DNA of 64,000 nt from Lachnospiraceae bacterium (GCA_017532145.1 JAFXJR010000068.1:20919-84918), one strand, 5' to 3'; shown: positions 8,993-19,792, counted from the stretch's first letter. The notes: generated by a model from the sequence alone, not told the origin. Numbers and translations are program-made.

Positions 8993-10414
8993 ATGAAGAA
9001 ACAAATGGTAGGATTGGTAATGGCAGTAGCTTTGTTGTTACCAGGTCTAAGTGCTTCTGCAACAGAATGGCAAGAAACCCCTAATCTTTCACAGGAAATG
9101 GTTGAGCTAGATGAGGTAGAAGTAACCCAGTCTATGGAAATGGCAGAAGATGAGGTAACTGCCTTGGAAATGACTAGCGTAACCGGTGGAGCATCCATGG
9201 AGCAGGCTTCCAAGATTAATGTAGGAAAGGAGTATCTTTCCAGAACTGGTTCACAAGAGGGAAATGTCTGGTATAAATTTACCACCAGTAGTCAAGGAAC
9301 CTGGCACACGGTTACATTTAAAAATTTACGTTCTAATGGCTGGATGAATATCCAAATTTATAACAGTATAGGAGAGCGGCTAGTAAATAGGGATGTATGG
9401 GAAAATCAAACATATAGTAGTTCTCATCGTTTAAAAAGTAATACGCAATATTACTTAAAAATTTGGAATGGTCATGGGCAAGCTGGAAATTATTCTATGT
9501 CTGTCAATCAATTGGAAGATGGTGTGCAGGATGTAAAGGAGCAGGCTCTTCCTATTCAGGAAAGAGGAGTTTATACTACAGAATTATGTAGTGATGGAGA
9601 TGTAGACTGGTATGTTATCAGACCTTCATATCAAGGTAAATATGCTATTGATATACAAGGATTATCAGGTGGTGTGAATCTGGAAATTTATACAGAGTAT
9701 GATGAAAAGTTAGGAAGTAAAACAGTTGGTTCTAATAGTAATAACAGTATTTTACTTCATTTGGATGCAGGTCAAGTTTATTATTTAAAAGTGTCCAAAG
9801 ATTGGTGGGATATAGGTAATTATAGATTCTGTGTCTCTAACTATTTTCCTTACACTGATATTCCCCAACAGATGGGCTACTGGAAGTATGATAGTGCTAA
9901 ATTTGTTTCCGACAGAGAAATTATGCAGGGAATTTCCGGTACCTCCAGCTTTCAGCCGGATGCACAGTTAACCCGTGGTATGTTTGTAACGATTCTCTAT
10001 CGTATGGCAGGTGAGCCATATTATTCTTCCAGTGCAAAATTTAGTGACGTGTCTTATGGAGCATATTATTACAATGCAGTGAGATGGGCTTATTCCAATA
10101 ATATTGTTTCCGGTTATTCAGATGGACGGTTTGGTGTTAATGATCCAATTACTAGGGAGCAGATTGCCAAGATGCTTTATCAATTTGGGTATTCTCAGGG
10201 ACATAATGTAAATGAAAGAGCAAATATCAATTCCTTTACAGACTTATATGCAGTGAATGGATGGGGAGTAGAATACTTCAGATGGGCAGTAGCAGCTAAG
10301 ATGATTTCAGGAAAAGCAAATGGAAATGGTACTTATCGTTTAGATCCTCAGGGTTATGCTACCAGAGCAGAATGTGCTAAAATGATACAGGTATTTTTAC
10401 AGAAGTATACATGA
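8993..10414 (+). CDS. Secreted S-layer homology (SLH) domain protein with PPC-like beta domains
   Basis: Signal peptide; DVDWY motif; three SLH repeats (LTRGMF, ITREQ, ATRAE). Confidence 0.85.
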   Translation: MKKQMVGLVMAVALLLPGLSASATEWQETPNLSQEMVELDEVEVTQSMEMAEDEVTALEMTSVTGGASMEQASKINVGKEYLSRTGSQEGNVWYKFTTSSQGTWHTVTFKNLRSNGWMNIQIYNSIGERLVNRDVWENQTYSSSHRLKSNTQYYLKIWNGHGQAGNYSMSVNQLEDGVQDVKEQALPIQERGVYTTELCSDGDVDWYVIRPSYQGKYAIDIQGLSGGVNLEIYTEYDEKLGSKTVGSNSNNSILLHLDAGQVYYLKVSKDWWDIGNYRFCVSNYFPYTDIPQQMGYWKYDSAKFVSDREIMQGISGTSSFQPDAQLTRGMFVTILYRMAGEPYYSSSAKFSDVSYGAYYYNAVRWAYSNNIVSGYSDGRFGVNDPITREQIAKMLYQFGYSQGHNVNERANINSFTDLYAVNGWGVEYFRWAVAAKMISGKANGNGTYRLDPQGYATRAECAKMIQVFLQKYT

Positions 10415-10430
10415 GCATAAATAAATAATC

Positions 10431-10470
10431 AAGGACGCTTCGAGGGATAGATTCATCGGAGTGTCTTTTT
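10431..10470 (+). terminator. Intrinsic terminator
   Basis: AGGACGCTTCGA...TCGGAGTGTCTT stem followed by a T-tract after the SLH gene. Confidence 0.6.
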
Positions 10471-10538
10471 CTATGATAGCAGCATATATGGCAATATAAT
10501 GAAAAGAAAAGAATTGGTATACAGCACTTTAATATCAT

Positions 10539-10567
10539 TTGACATCCAATATATTCATGAGTAAAAT
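10539..10567 (+). promoter_or_regulatory. SigA-type promoter of the MCP gene
   Basis: TTGACA-17bp-TAAAAT. Confidence 0.65.
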
Positions 10568-10656
10568 TAAAATGATAGATATAATTTGGTAATCTCTTAT
10601 TTTAAACAGAGAAATACCAATGCTATCCATCCAATGATACAAAAAGGAGATTTCTC

Positions 10657-12372
10657 ATGAAGGTACGGAAAATCAGCATTTTTACCAGGCTGTTTTTATG
10701 GCTTGCCATTCTTTTACTGTTAGGTAATGGAATTTTAGGAGTACTGACCTATAATAGCTCTAAAACCTCACTATTTGGACAAATCCAAAGCAATGCCATG
10801 AATATTGCTCAATGTGCTGCCGCAAACATCAGTGCAGACGTATTTAAAGAGATTGAAGCGGGAGAGGAAGGTACAGAGGCTTACCACATCATTGTCGATG
10901 AACTGGCTCTGTTCAGGGACAATGCAGAGATTGAATATATCTACACTCTGCGCAAGACAGACCAGGATAAATTTGTATTTGTGGTAGACTCTGATACAGA
11001 AGAACCTGCGGATATTGGTGAGCAATGTGAAAGAACAGAAGCCTTGGCTGCTGCCTTTCATGAGCAGGTGACCAAAGCTGACGATAAACCTACCACAGAC
11101 GAGTGGGGTATGCATCTGTCTGCTTATAGCCCAATTGTCCATGATGGGATAACAGTAGGAGTCGTGGGAGTAGATATCAGTACCAAATGGATTGATGAGC
11201 AGATGATGAACTTGCTCAAGCTGGTGGCAGTGACCTGCCTTTTTACCTATACCGTATGTCTGCTGCTTCTTCATTTTCTTATCTTCGGATTAAGAAAAAG
11301 TATGAAGAAGCTAAATGATAAGGTAAGAGAGCTGGCAAGCGGCTCTGGAGATTTAACAAAGGAAATTGATATTACTACCGGAGACGAGTTGGAATTGATT
11401 GCCGGAAATATGAATATATTTATTCGACAGATTCGTTCTCTGGTAAGGGATGTAGCCTGGTCGTCAAAGGATATTATTGGTGCAGAACAGGAGTTGGATT
11501 CTACTGTTCGTGACAATATAAACCTGATGACAGCCATGAAAAAAGAGATTAAAAGCATAAGTAGCAATATGGAAAGAAGCTCCGATTCCAGTCAATTGTT
11601 ATATCAGAATTTATCAGAAAATGCGGAGCATATTGCAGCCTTTGCCGGAAGTATCAATGAAATCCGGGATATGGTGCAGCAGGCTAATGAGCATGCGCAG
11701 TATACAGCAAATGCAGCAAAGGAAAATAGAAAGTATGCCCTAAGTTCCATTGCCTCCTTGCAGCAAAAAATAGAAAATATTGATAAAGATATGCAAAAAA
11801 TCGAACTGGTAAAGAAGATTGCAGAAGGAATTAGAAGTATTGCTGCTCAAACCAGAATGTTAAGTTTAAATGCCCAAATCGAGGCATCCCGTGCAGGTAC
11901 AGCAGGAGCAGGCTTTGCTGTAGTGGCTACAGAGGTGGGGAAATTAAGCAACGATATCGATCAAGCTGTGGCAGAAATCAATATGATTAACAGTCAGGTT
12001 CTGGAGGCGGTAGGAACTATGAATGAGGTTTCGGGAGAAATGATTCGCTTTGTTTCTGATGAGGTAGTCAGAGATTATGACGCTTTTGCCGGTTTAGGGG
12101 AGGAGTACGGAAGTACGACTGATTTTATTTGTCAACAGATGGTAGGAATTGAAAATCAAAGTATGCAGATTGCCAAGGATATTTCCAATATTAATACCAA
12201 TATTCAAACGATTACGGAAACGGTGGCGGCTACAGCAGAAAGTGCTGATGATTTGGTAAAGTCTACAGTGAAAATATCTGACAGCCTGGAGAAGCTAAAT
12301 GCTGCTTCACAGAAAAACACTTCTCATTCAGAAAAATTAAATGGACATATAGGAAAATATCACTTCCAGTAG
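10657..12372 (+). CDS. Methyl-accepting chemotaxis protein
   Basis: Two TMs, HAMP (GDLTKEI..DELELIA), signalling motif QTRMLSLNAQIEASRAGTAGAGFAVVA. Confidence 0.92.
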   Translation: MKVRKISIFTRLFLWLAILLLLGNGILGVLTYNSSKTSLFGQIQSNAMNIAQCAAANISADVFKEIEAGEEGTEAYHIIVDELALFRDNAEIEYIYTLRKTDQDKFVFVVDSDTEEPADIGEQCERTEALAAAFHEQVTKADDKPTTDEWGMHLSAYSPIVHDGITVGVVGVDISTKWIDEQMMNLLKLVAVTCLFTYTVCLLLLHFLIFGLRKSMKKLNDKVRELASGSGDLTKEIDITTGDELELIAGNMNIFIRQIRSLVRDVAWSSKDIIGAEQELDSTVRDNINLMTAMKKEIKSISSNMERSSDSSQLLYQNLSENAEHIAAFAGSINEIRDMVQQANEHAQYTANAAKENRKYALSSIASLQQKIENIDKDMQKIELVKKIAEGIRSIAAQTRMLSLNAQIEASRAGTAGAGFAVVATEVGKLSNDIDQAVAEINMINSQVLEAVGTMNEVSGEMIRFVSDEVVRDYDAFAGLGEEYGSTTDFICQQMVGIENQSMQIAKDISNINTNIQTITETVAATAESADDLVKSTVKISDSLEKLNAASQKNTSHSEKLNGHIGKYHFQ

Positions 12373-12446
12373 GAAGTATTTTTACGCTTATTTATTTGGA
12401 AATGAATGGATAGTTGTTGGAGTGTCAGTCAGGGAAGAGGGATACT

Positions 12447-13220
12447 ATGGAAAACTCCTATCGTTTTTTTGAAAACAGATCCTGTCAGTATTTCCCCTGC
12501 CATAAAGGATTAGAGGCATTAAATTGTTTATTTTGCTACTGTCCTCTATATCATAGGCGGCAGTGTCCGGGAAAGGTTAAATCGGTGATAAAAGCAGGAG
12601 AAAAAATAAAAGAATGCACTGACTGTACCTTCCCGCATCAGCCTGAAAATTATGAGAAAATAGTGGAAATCCTAAGGGCAGAGACAAAAAGCCCTGCTGC
12701 CTTGAACGTTCTGATACAAAAGGCAGGGATAGAAGAGCTGGAAAATATTCATCAGGTGATGACTGAAGCTGCCAAAGCGCTTGCTCATCATACATTATAT
12801 ATATGTGATAGTTTAGCGTATGTCAAACAGCTGCTGCAAACGTCCGGGTTTGCCGTGACAGCCCGTACTCAAGAAGGGCAAATAGTGGCAGTACTGTTGT
12901 TTCGTTATCCCGGACAGGCAGAGGACAATCTGGGATGGGATATAGGGCTTCTCCCCCGGCAGATTGCTCAAGTGGCTCATATAGAATCAGTAGCTGTACT
13001 GCCTGAATATTGGGGAAGGGGGCTGATGAAGCAGATGTTGATTTATGGGGAGGAATGGATAGATACAGGGAAATACTGCTATTTAATGGCAACAGTATCT
13101 CCTGACAATCCGGCCAGCTATACCTGTCTGGAACGGAGCGGATATCGTCATATGCTGACGAAAGAGAAATATGGGGGATTATTAAGACGAATTTATCTTA
13201 AGGAGACAAGAACACGATAA
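12447..13220 (+). CDS. Cysteine-rich small domain fused to GNAT acetyltransferase
   Basis: CQYFPCH..NCLFCYCPLY..C..CTDCTFPH, then VAVLPEYWGRGL and NPAS GNAT motifs. Confidence 0.8.
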   Translation: MENSYRFFENRSCQYFPCHKGLEALNCLFCYCPLYHRRQCPGKVKSVIKAGEKIKECTDCTFPHQPENYEKIVEILRAETKSPAALNVLIQKAGIEELENIHQVMTEAAKALAHHTLYICDSLAYVKQLLQTSGFAVTARTQEGQIVAVLLFRYPGQAEDNLGWDIGLLPRQIAQVAHIESVAVLPEYWGRGLMKQMLIYGEEWIDTGKYCYLMATVSPDNPASYTCLERSGYRHMLTKEKYGGLLRRIYLKETRTR

Positions 13221-13233
13221 CCAAAAGCAAGAG

Positions 13234-13329
13234 GGGCTGTTGCAAAATGAAATTTCATCACAATATATAGTATGATTTTCTTTGAATCAATGCGGTATAT
13301 TGTAGAAAATTTTTATTTTGCGACAGCCC
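13234..13329. repeat. Inverted-repeat-bounded 96-bp element (IS-end-like MITE or bidirectional terminator)
   Basis: GGGCTGTTGCAAAAT ... ATTTTGCGACAGCCC (1 mismatch) between convergent genes. Confidence 0.65.
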
Positions 13330-13356
13330 TTTTTTGCGTTATCTCTTAATTTGTAT

Positions 13357-14244
13357 TTACCGTTCAGGAACGGCTACCTTGCTATTAAATTTATCCAGTA
13401 AAAGTGCAGCTACGACTCCTGCTGCAAGAAAGAACAGATTAATCAGACAGGAGGACATAGAGGCAGTAAAGCTGTTAAATGGGATAATCATAATGGTAGC
13501 AGCAATGACAATCCCGATAATCCCATGGAATGCCAGAGAGTAATGGCTTTCAAAAAGCCGGTTTACTGCCTGAGAAAAACAGATAACGGTTATCAAAGCA
13601 CCAATACCTGCTGGAATCAGTATGGATAGAGAAAAGCTGCCAATACCATCCACAAAGGGAGTATAGAGACCCAGAGGCATAAGCAGGGTAGAAAAACTCA
13701 TTCCCGGAGCAATCAGGCTTAATGCCAGACAGAATCCGCAGAAGATATACCATCCAAAATTGGGAACGATGGTGAAAGAAGAGGTTTTTAATCCAATTAA
13801 TAAAAGGAAGAGAAATACCATACATATTCCCAAAGAAAAGTAGGAGCCTTTGCTTCTGCCCTGTTCTCCAGCTTCTCTCCATAGAGAGGGGAGCATACCG
13901 GCAATAAGACCGATAAAAAGACAAACAGAAGGGTCGGGATACTTTTCCAGTACATAACCCAGCAGTCGGGCAACACCCAGAAAGCCGATGGCACCTCCTA
14001 CTACATAAGGAAGCAGCCTGGGGACATGAGTTTTCAAATTACCAAAGGGATTGGCCAAAAGCTCCATAATCGGTTTATAGATACCAAAGACCACGCTGAG
14101 GACTCCTCCGGATATACCGGGAAGAACGGCACCTAAGCCAATCAAGGCTCCTTGCAGCAGTTGGAGGAGGAATCTGCCAGGGGATATGCCTTGAGTGGGA
14201 GCAGTTTTCCCGAAAGTGTTTTTCTTGCTTGGTTGATGTGTCAT
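13357..14244 (-). CDS. DUF368 family membrane protein
   Basis: GALIGLGAVLPGISGG and internal repeat IAPGMSFS; multiple TMs. Confidence 0.85.
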   Translation of the reverse strand: MTHQPSKKNTFGKTAPTQGISPGRFLLQLLQGALIGLGAVLPGISGGVLSVVFGIYKPIMELLANPFGNLKTHVPRLLPYVVGGAIGFLGVARLLGYVLEKYPDPSVCLFIGLIAGMLPSLWREAGEQGRSKGSYFSLGICMVFLFLLLIGLKTSSFTIVPNFGWYIFCGFCLALSLIAPGMSFSTLLMPLGLYTPFVDGIGSFSLSILIPAGIGALITVICFSQAVNRLFESHYSLAFHGIIGIVIAATIMIIPFNSFTASMSSCLINLFFLAAGVVAALLLDKFNSKVAVPER

Positions 14245-14502
14245 TTTTATGTTACTCCTTTCAAAAGTTCTGATACAGCCTTAAGGCTATGGCTGTATAC
14301 TAAGAAATAAGTCTAAAGGATATGATAAGTCTATTTCTCAGTTTTGTCATTTATTATTACTATATTTAGAAAAATTTAATATTTCTAAAATGCGATAAAT
14401 GGATATTGAAATCTATGATATAAGGTGATATATTTGATGTGTTTATCCAATTTCAGGAAAAATAATGGTAAATAGCAATGGTAGAGGAGATGAGACAAAC
14501 GG

Positions 14503-16659
14503 ATGTTTAAGATGTTAAAGTATCTGAAGGAATCCAAGGCATCAGTAGCGGTTATTCTGATACTGCTGGTTATTCAGGCATACTGTGACCTTGCTCTGCC
14601 CCAGTATACGGCAGACATCGTGGATGTGGGTATCGGTCAGGCAGGTATTGAACAGGCAGTACCAAAGCTGTTGCGGCAGGAGACAATGGAAAAACTCAGT
14701 CTGTTTATGACAGAGGAGGAAGCTTCCGTTCTGGAGGCTTCTTATCTTTTAAATGAAGAAGGCAGGTATCAGCTGATATTTTCTTTGGAGGAGAAAGCGG
14801 AGACGGAAAGGCTGGCACAGACCTTGGAAATTCCTATACTTATCCTAATGACTACTTCAGTTCAGGAGCAGGTTTCCTCGGATACTCTGGCAGAAATGCT
14901 GGGAGAGGGGAGACTGACTAAAGAACAGATTCTGCAGTACAGGGAAACACTTCTGGAGGAATATAGCAGTCAGAATACAGCCATGACCTCTCAGATGGGA
15001 ATTGCCTTTGTACGAGCAGAATATGAAGCAATGGGTATGGATTTGTCTGCCATACAGACCGATTATTTATGGAGGAAGGGAGGCAGGATGCTGCTGTATG
15101 CCGTAGTGATGATGTCAGCCTCCATTTTTGTAGGTCTGCTGGCAGCAAAAACTTCAGCAAAAATTGGTCGGGATTTAAGAGGCAGGATTTTTTCCCGAGT
15201 AGTTTCTTTTTCGGATGCAGAAATGGATCAGTTTTCTACCGCTTCCCTGATTACGAGAAGTACAAATGACATCCAACAAATTCAAATGGTTTCGGTGATG
15301 CTGCTGCGAATGGTACTCTATGCTCCCATTGTCGGTTTGGGGGGCATACTTAAGGTAATGGGAACAAAGACAGGAATGGGGTGGATTATTGCAGTGGCTG
15401 TAGGAGCCATCCTGCTGCTGGTAGGTGTATTAATGGGGCTGGCTATGCCGCGATTCAAAAAAATGCAGTTTCTGGTAGACAGGTTAAATCTGGTATCCAG
15501 AGAGATTCTCACTGGTTTGCCGGTAATTCGAGCCTTTAGCAGGGAACACTTTGAGGAAAAACGTTTTGATCATGCGAACAAAGATTTGATGGGAAATCAG
15601 CTGTTTACCAATCGGGTGATGACAGTGATGATGCCTGCCATGACATTGATTATGAATCTGGTTACGGTAATGATTCTCTGGTTTGGAGCAAAGGGAGTGG
15701 ATTTAGGTAATCTGCAGGTGGGTGATATGCTCGCTTTCATTACCTATACTATGCAGATTGTGATTTCCTTTCTGATGCTGACGATGATTTCGGTTATGCT
15801 GCCCCGTGCGGGTGTGGCAGCAGAAAGAATTGAGGAGGTACTGGCATTGGAATGCTCTATCCTTGATAAAGAACAGACTCAGGATAACAGACTGGAAGCA
15901 GTACGAGGAGAGGTACGGTTTGAAAAGGTCAGCTTTCGTTATCCAGGGGCAGAGGATAACGTTCTGGAGGGAATTGACTTTACTGCCAGTCCGGGGCAGA
16001 CAACAGCCATTATTGGAAGCACCGGTTGTGGAAAGTCTACACTGGTGCGTTTGATTCCCCGTTTTTATGATGTAACAGAAGGCAGGATTACCATAGACGG
16101 TGTGGATGTTAAAGATTTATCTCAGTACAGACTTCGGGAGCTGTTGGGATACGTACCTCAGAAGGGAGTACTTTTTTCTGGTACGATAGAGTCTAATCTT
16201 AAGTTTGCCGGTGATTTTATTACAGAAGCACAGATGGAAGAAGCCGCACAGATTGCTCAGGCCATGGAATTTATTCAAAGCAAACCCAAGAAATTTCAGG
16301 AGGAAATTTCACAGGGAGGTACCAATGTGTCCGGCGGGCAGAAGCAGAGACTGTCCATTGCCCGTGCCATTGCAAAGCAGCCTGAAATCTGTATTTTTGA
16401 CGACAGCTTTTCCGCTTTGGATTACAGAACAGATGTGGTACTAAGAAAGGCACTTCATGAGAAGCTGACAGATGCTACGGTAATTATCGTTGCACAGAGA
16501 ATCAGTACCATCCTTCATGCAGATCAGATTCTTGTTCTGGATGAAGGAAGAATTGTGGGAAGGGGAACTCACCAGGAACTGCTGAACTCCTGCGAGGAAT
16601 ATCGGGAGATTGCCCGTTCCCAGTTGTCAGAATCCGAATTGGAAGGAGGGAGAGGATAG
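14503..16659 (+). CDS. Heterodimeric ABC exporter, subunit 1 (degenerate site)
   Basis: TMD plus GSTGCGKST, SGGQKQRL, Walker B IFDDSFSALD. Confidence 0.92.
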   Translation: MFKMLKYLKESKASVAVILILLVIQAYCDLALPQYTADIVDVGIGQAGIEQAVPKLLRQETMEKLSLFMTEEEASVLEASYLLNEEGRYQLIFSLEEKAETERLAQTLEIPILILMTTSVQEQVSSDTLAEMLGEGRLTKEQILQYRETLLEEYSSQNTAMTSQMGIAFVRAEYEAMGMDLSAIQTDYLWRKGGRMLLYAVVMMSASIFVGLLAAKTSAKIGRDLRGRIFSRVVSFSDAEMDQFSTASLITRSTNDIQQIQMVSVMLLRMVLYAPIVGLGGILKVMGTKTGMGWIIAVAVGAILLLVGVLMGLAMPRFKKMQFLVDRLNLVSREILTGLPVIRAFSREHFEEKRFDHANKDLMGNQLFTNRVMTVMMPAMTLIMNLVTVMILWFGAKGVDLGNLQVGDMLAFITYTMQIVISFLMLTMISVMLPRAGVAAERIEEVLALECSILDKEQTQDNRLEAVRGEVRFEKVSFRYPGAEDNVLEGIDFTASPGQTTAIIGSTGCGKSTLVRLIPRFYDVTEGRITIDGVDVKDLSQYRLRELLGYVPQKGVLFSGTIESNLKFAGDFITEAQMEEAAQIAQAMEFIQSKPKKFQEEISQGGTNVSGGQKQRLSIARAIAKQPEICIFDDSFSALDYRTDVVLRKALHEKLTDATVIIVAQRISTILHADQILVLDEGRIVGRGTHQELLNSCEEYREIARSQLSESELEGGRG

Positions 16660-16660
16660 A

Positions 16661-18499
16661 ATGAAAGAAAGTCCGCAAAGAAAAATGGGACCTCCGGGAG
16701 CCGGCGGGATGATACCGGGAGAAAAGGCGAAAGATTTTAAGGGGACAGCTGGCAAGCTGTTGCAGTATATGGGAATCTACCGTTATGCTCTGTTTGCTGT
16801 TATCCTGTTTGCTGTAGGAGGTACAGCCTTTGGCATCGCAGGACCTAAGATATTAAGCAAGGCTACTACAGAGATTTTCAATGGTTTGATGGCTAAGGTA
16901 GCTGGAACAGGAGGAATTGATTTTGAAAAAATTGCCAAAATTCTTCTGTTTTTGTTAGCAGTCTATCTAGTCAGTGCCTTTCTCTCGCTGGTACAGGGAC
17001 TGATTATGACAGGGATTTCCCAAAAGCTGTGTTATCGTCTGCGTCAGGAAATCTCTGAGAAGATTCATCGGATGCCGATGAAATACTTTGAGTCCCGAAC
17101 GGTAGGAGAAGTGCTTTCCCGAATTACCAACGATGTGGATACTCTGGGACAGAGTCTGAATCAGAGTATCACCCAGCTGATTACCTCGATAGCTACCATT
17201 CTGGGTATTCTGATTATGATGCTGAGTATCAGTCCTGTCATGACATTGATTGCTCTGGTGATACTGCCTGTTTCTGCTGTTTTGATTGGTCTGGTGGTGA
17301 AGTTTTCCCAGAAGCACTTCGTTACCCAGCAAAAATATCTGGGAAAGATTAATGGACAGATAGAAGAGGTCTACAGTGGTCACAATATTGTCCGGGTCTT
17401 TAACCGGGAGGAGCAATCAGTAAAAGAATTTGACCAGACGAATGCCATTTTATATGAATCAGCCTGGAAGTCTCAGTTCTTATCGGGAATGATGCATCCT
17501 ATTATGATGTTTGTGGGGAATCTGGGCTATGTGGCCGTAGCAGTCAGCGGCAGTCTGCTGGCTATTCGTGGGGTAATTGAGGTGGGAGATATTCAGGCTT
17601 TTATCCAGTATGTCAGAAACTTTACCCAGCCAATCACCATGGTAGCACAGGTGTCCAGTATGCTCCAGTCCATGGTGGCAGCAGCAGAACGAGTATTTGA
17701 ATTTCTGGCAGAAGAGGAAGAAGAGGTGGCACTTGAAAATCCTGTTCGACCGGAAAGAGTGGAAGGCAGAGTCAGCTTTGACCATGTGTATTTTGGCTAT
17801 AGTCAGGATAAGCTGATTATCCACGATTTTTGCAGTCAGATAGAGCCGGGACAGATGGTAGCCATCGTAGGACCTACCGGTGCAGGAAAGACAACGATGG
17901 TAAAGCTGTTGATGCGTTTTTATGATGTGAATCAGGGAAGTATCCGGGTGGATGGACAGGATATTCGGGAATTTCGCAGAAGTGAGCTGAGGGAAAGCTT
18001 CGGTATGGTGCTGCAGGATACCTGGCTGTTTAAGGGAACCATCATGGAAAATATCCGTTATGGCAGGCTGGAAGCCACTGATGAGGAGGTAATTGCGGCT
18101 GCCAAGGCTGCCCATGCACACCATTTTATCCAGACTCTGCCAGGAGGCTATCAAATGGAATTAAATGAGGATGCCAGCAACGTTTCTCAGGGACAGAGGC
18201 AGTTGCTTACTATTGCAAGGGCTATTCTGTCTGATAGCCCGATTATGATTCTGGATGAAGCTACAAGCTCAGTAGATACCAGAACAGAGGCAAGGATTCA
18301 GAAAGCTATGGCCAATTTAATGAAGGGAAGAACCAGCTTTGTGATTGCCCATCGCCTTTCTACGATTCGGGATGCGGATTTGATTCTGGTAATGAAGGAT
18401 GGGGATATTATTGAGCAGGGCGATCATGAGCAGCTGTTAGAGAAAAACGGCTTCTATGCCCAGCTTTACCGTTCCCAGTTTGAGCAGGTAACAGCATAA
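16661..18499 (+). CDS. Heterodimeric ABC exporter, subunit 2
   Basis: TMD plus GPTGAGKTT, SQGQRQLL, ILDEATSSVD, IAHRLST. Confidence 0.92.
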   Translation: MKESPQRKMGPPGAGGMIPGEKAKDFKGTAGKLLQYMGIYRYALFAVILFAVGGTAFGIAGPKILSKATTEIFNGLMAKVAGTGGIDFEKIAKILLFLLAVYLVSAFLSLVQGLIMTGISQKLCYRLRQEISEKIHRMPMKYFESRTVGEVLSRITNDVDTLGQSLNQSITQLITSIATILGILIMMLSISPVMTLIALVILPVSAVLIGLVVKFSQKHFVTQQKYLGKINGQIEEVYSGHNIVRVFNREEQSVKEFDQTNAILYESAWKSQFLSGMMHPIMMFVGNLGYVAVAVSGSLLAIRGVIEVGDIQAFIQYVRNFTQPITMVAQVSSMLQSMVAAAERVFEFLAEEEEEVALENPVRPERVEGRVSFDHVYFGYSQDKLIIHDFCSQIEPGQMVAIVGPTGAGKTTMVKLLMRFYDVNQGSIRVDGQDIREFRRSELRESFGMVLQDTWLFKGTIMENIRYGRLEATDEEVIAAAKAAHAHHFIQTLPGGYQMELNEDASNVSQGQRQLLTIARAILSDSPIMILDEATSSVDTRTEARIQKAMANLMKGRTSFVIAHRLSTIRDADLILVMKDGDIIEQGDHEQLLEKNGFYAQLYRSQFEQVTA

Positions 18500-18505
18500 A
18501 TGGTT

Positions 18506-19792
18506 CTATGACAAAATAACCAGTTGTCTGGAATATTCATGAAAGAAAGGGCGGCTATATTGAGAGGACACGACGGACTCATAGATATGAGCCGCTCTCA
18601 CGTCTTGTTCCAGCATAGTCATCCCTGTTTCTGTTAAAGAATGAGATGCTTTAGCCATCTTGGAGAGCAAGGGAATGGAGGTATGCTGCTTAATTTGATG
18701 GAACAACCCTTTGGACTGGTGGCGAAAGCCCAGAAGACGTCCATAAAAAACGTAGTCCTCAGTACAGAAGGCAGCCAGTTCGTCATCGGTCATATCCAAC
18801 AGAAGATGGAGCAGACCACGGCAGACACGAGAATAGGTAAGGTCCTTGGATTTGAGCAGAGCAGCAAATTGTTCAAAGTTCTGAAATTGATTCAGGTATT
18901 TCCGAATCCTTCTGTCTAAAGCAGGAGTGATATCCTGGTAAGCGGTATAATCTTGGGAAGCTTCTAACAGGAGTCGATATTGTAACAGAAGGGAAAAGTC
19001 TTTACTGCATATGGGAAACTGCTGCTGCCAGGCATTCTCTAAAATCTGATAGACAGAAGGGGGAACATACCTTTGGATGGTAGCGGGCATAAAAAAACCT
19101 TCCTTTATAGAGGCAGCAGATTCAAGCTCCATACCGTCTGTCAGAGCGTTCCGGATAGCCGAGGCAGAAGCAAAATCGTTTTCGGCAGCAGGCAGGTGCG
19201 AGGCATGATAGCCACTGCCTGTTCGTTCAATGGTATAGGGATGGATGGAACTGTGGCGTTTTGCTAAAGCCTTAAGATATTCAATCCCTAAAATGTTGTT
19301 GGGGGAGGAAAGTACTTCCTTGACCTCTGGTATATCAGGCAGACAGGCTTCCAAAGCCCGGCTTCTGGCCTGGGGAAAGGTGCAGCCTTCTTTCAGACTG
19401 TCTTGTAGGATTTGGCGATAAATAGCAGGTTCTTCCAGCAGCAGGTGGGCGATTCGGGAAAGCAGAGGGAGGTGACCGGTCTCACTGCCAAAGCAGAGAC
19501 TGTCCACACATCCCAGTCGGTCCAGGAGGGAGACGGCTCCCAGAGCAAAAAATTCAGCACTGCCTGTGGCATAGCAGCAGGGCAGCTCTAAAACCAAATC
19601 GGCTCCATGAGAAAGAGCCATTCTGGTACGGGAATATTTATCAATAATGGCAGGGACACCCCTTTGCATAAAGTTTCCACTCATGACTACGATACAAAAG
19701 TCTGCTCCGGTGTGTTCCTTTGCCTGCTGCAAATGGTATTGATGTCCATAATGAAAGGGATTATATTCAGCAACAATTCCTGTTATTTTCAT
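18506..19792 (-). CDS. tmcAL: tRNA(Met) cytidine acetate ligase (YlbM/TmcAL, HIGH nucleotidyltransferase)
   Basis: GIVAEYNPFHYGH, MSGNFMQRG, SPNNILGIEY, SASAIR. Confidence 0.85.
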   Translation of the reverse strand: MKITGIVAEYNPFHYGHQYHLQQAKEHTGADFCIVVMSGNFMQRGVPAIIDKYSRTRMALSHGADLVLELPCCYATGSAEFFALGAVSLLDRLGCVDSLCFGSETGHLPLLSRIAHLLLEEPAIYRQILQDSLKEGCTFPQARSRALEACLPDIPEVKEVLSSPNNILGIEYLKALAKRHSSIHPYTIERTGSGYHASHLPAAENDFASASAIRNALTDGMELESAASIKEGFFMPATIQRYVPPSVYQILENAWQQQFPICSKDFSLLLQYRLLLEASQDYTAYQDITPALDRRIRKYLNQFQNFEQFAALLKSKDLTYSRVCRGLLHLLLDMTDDELAAFCTEDYVFYGRLLGFRHQSKGLFHQIKQHTSIPLLSKMAKASHSLTETGMTMLEQDVRAAHIYESVVSSQYSRPFFHEYSRQLVILS

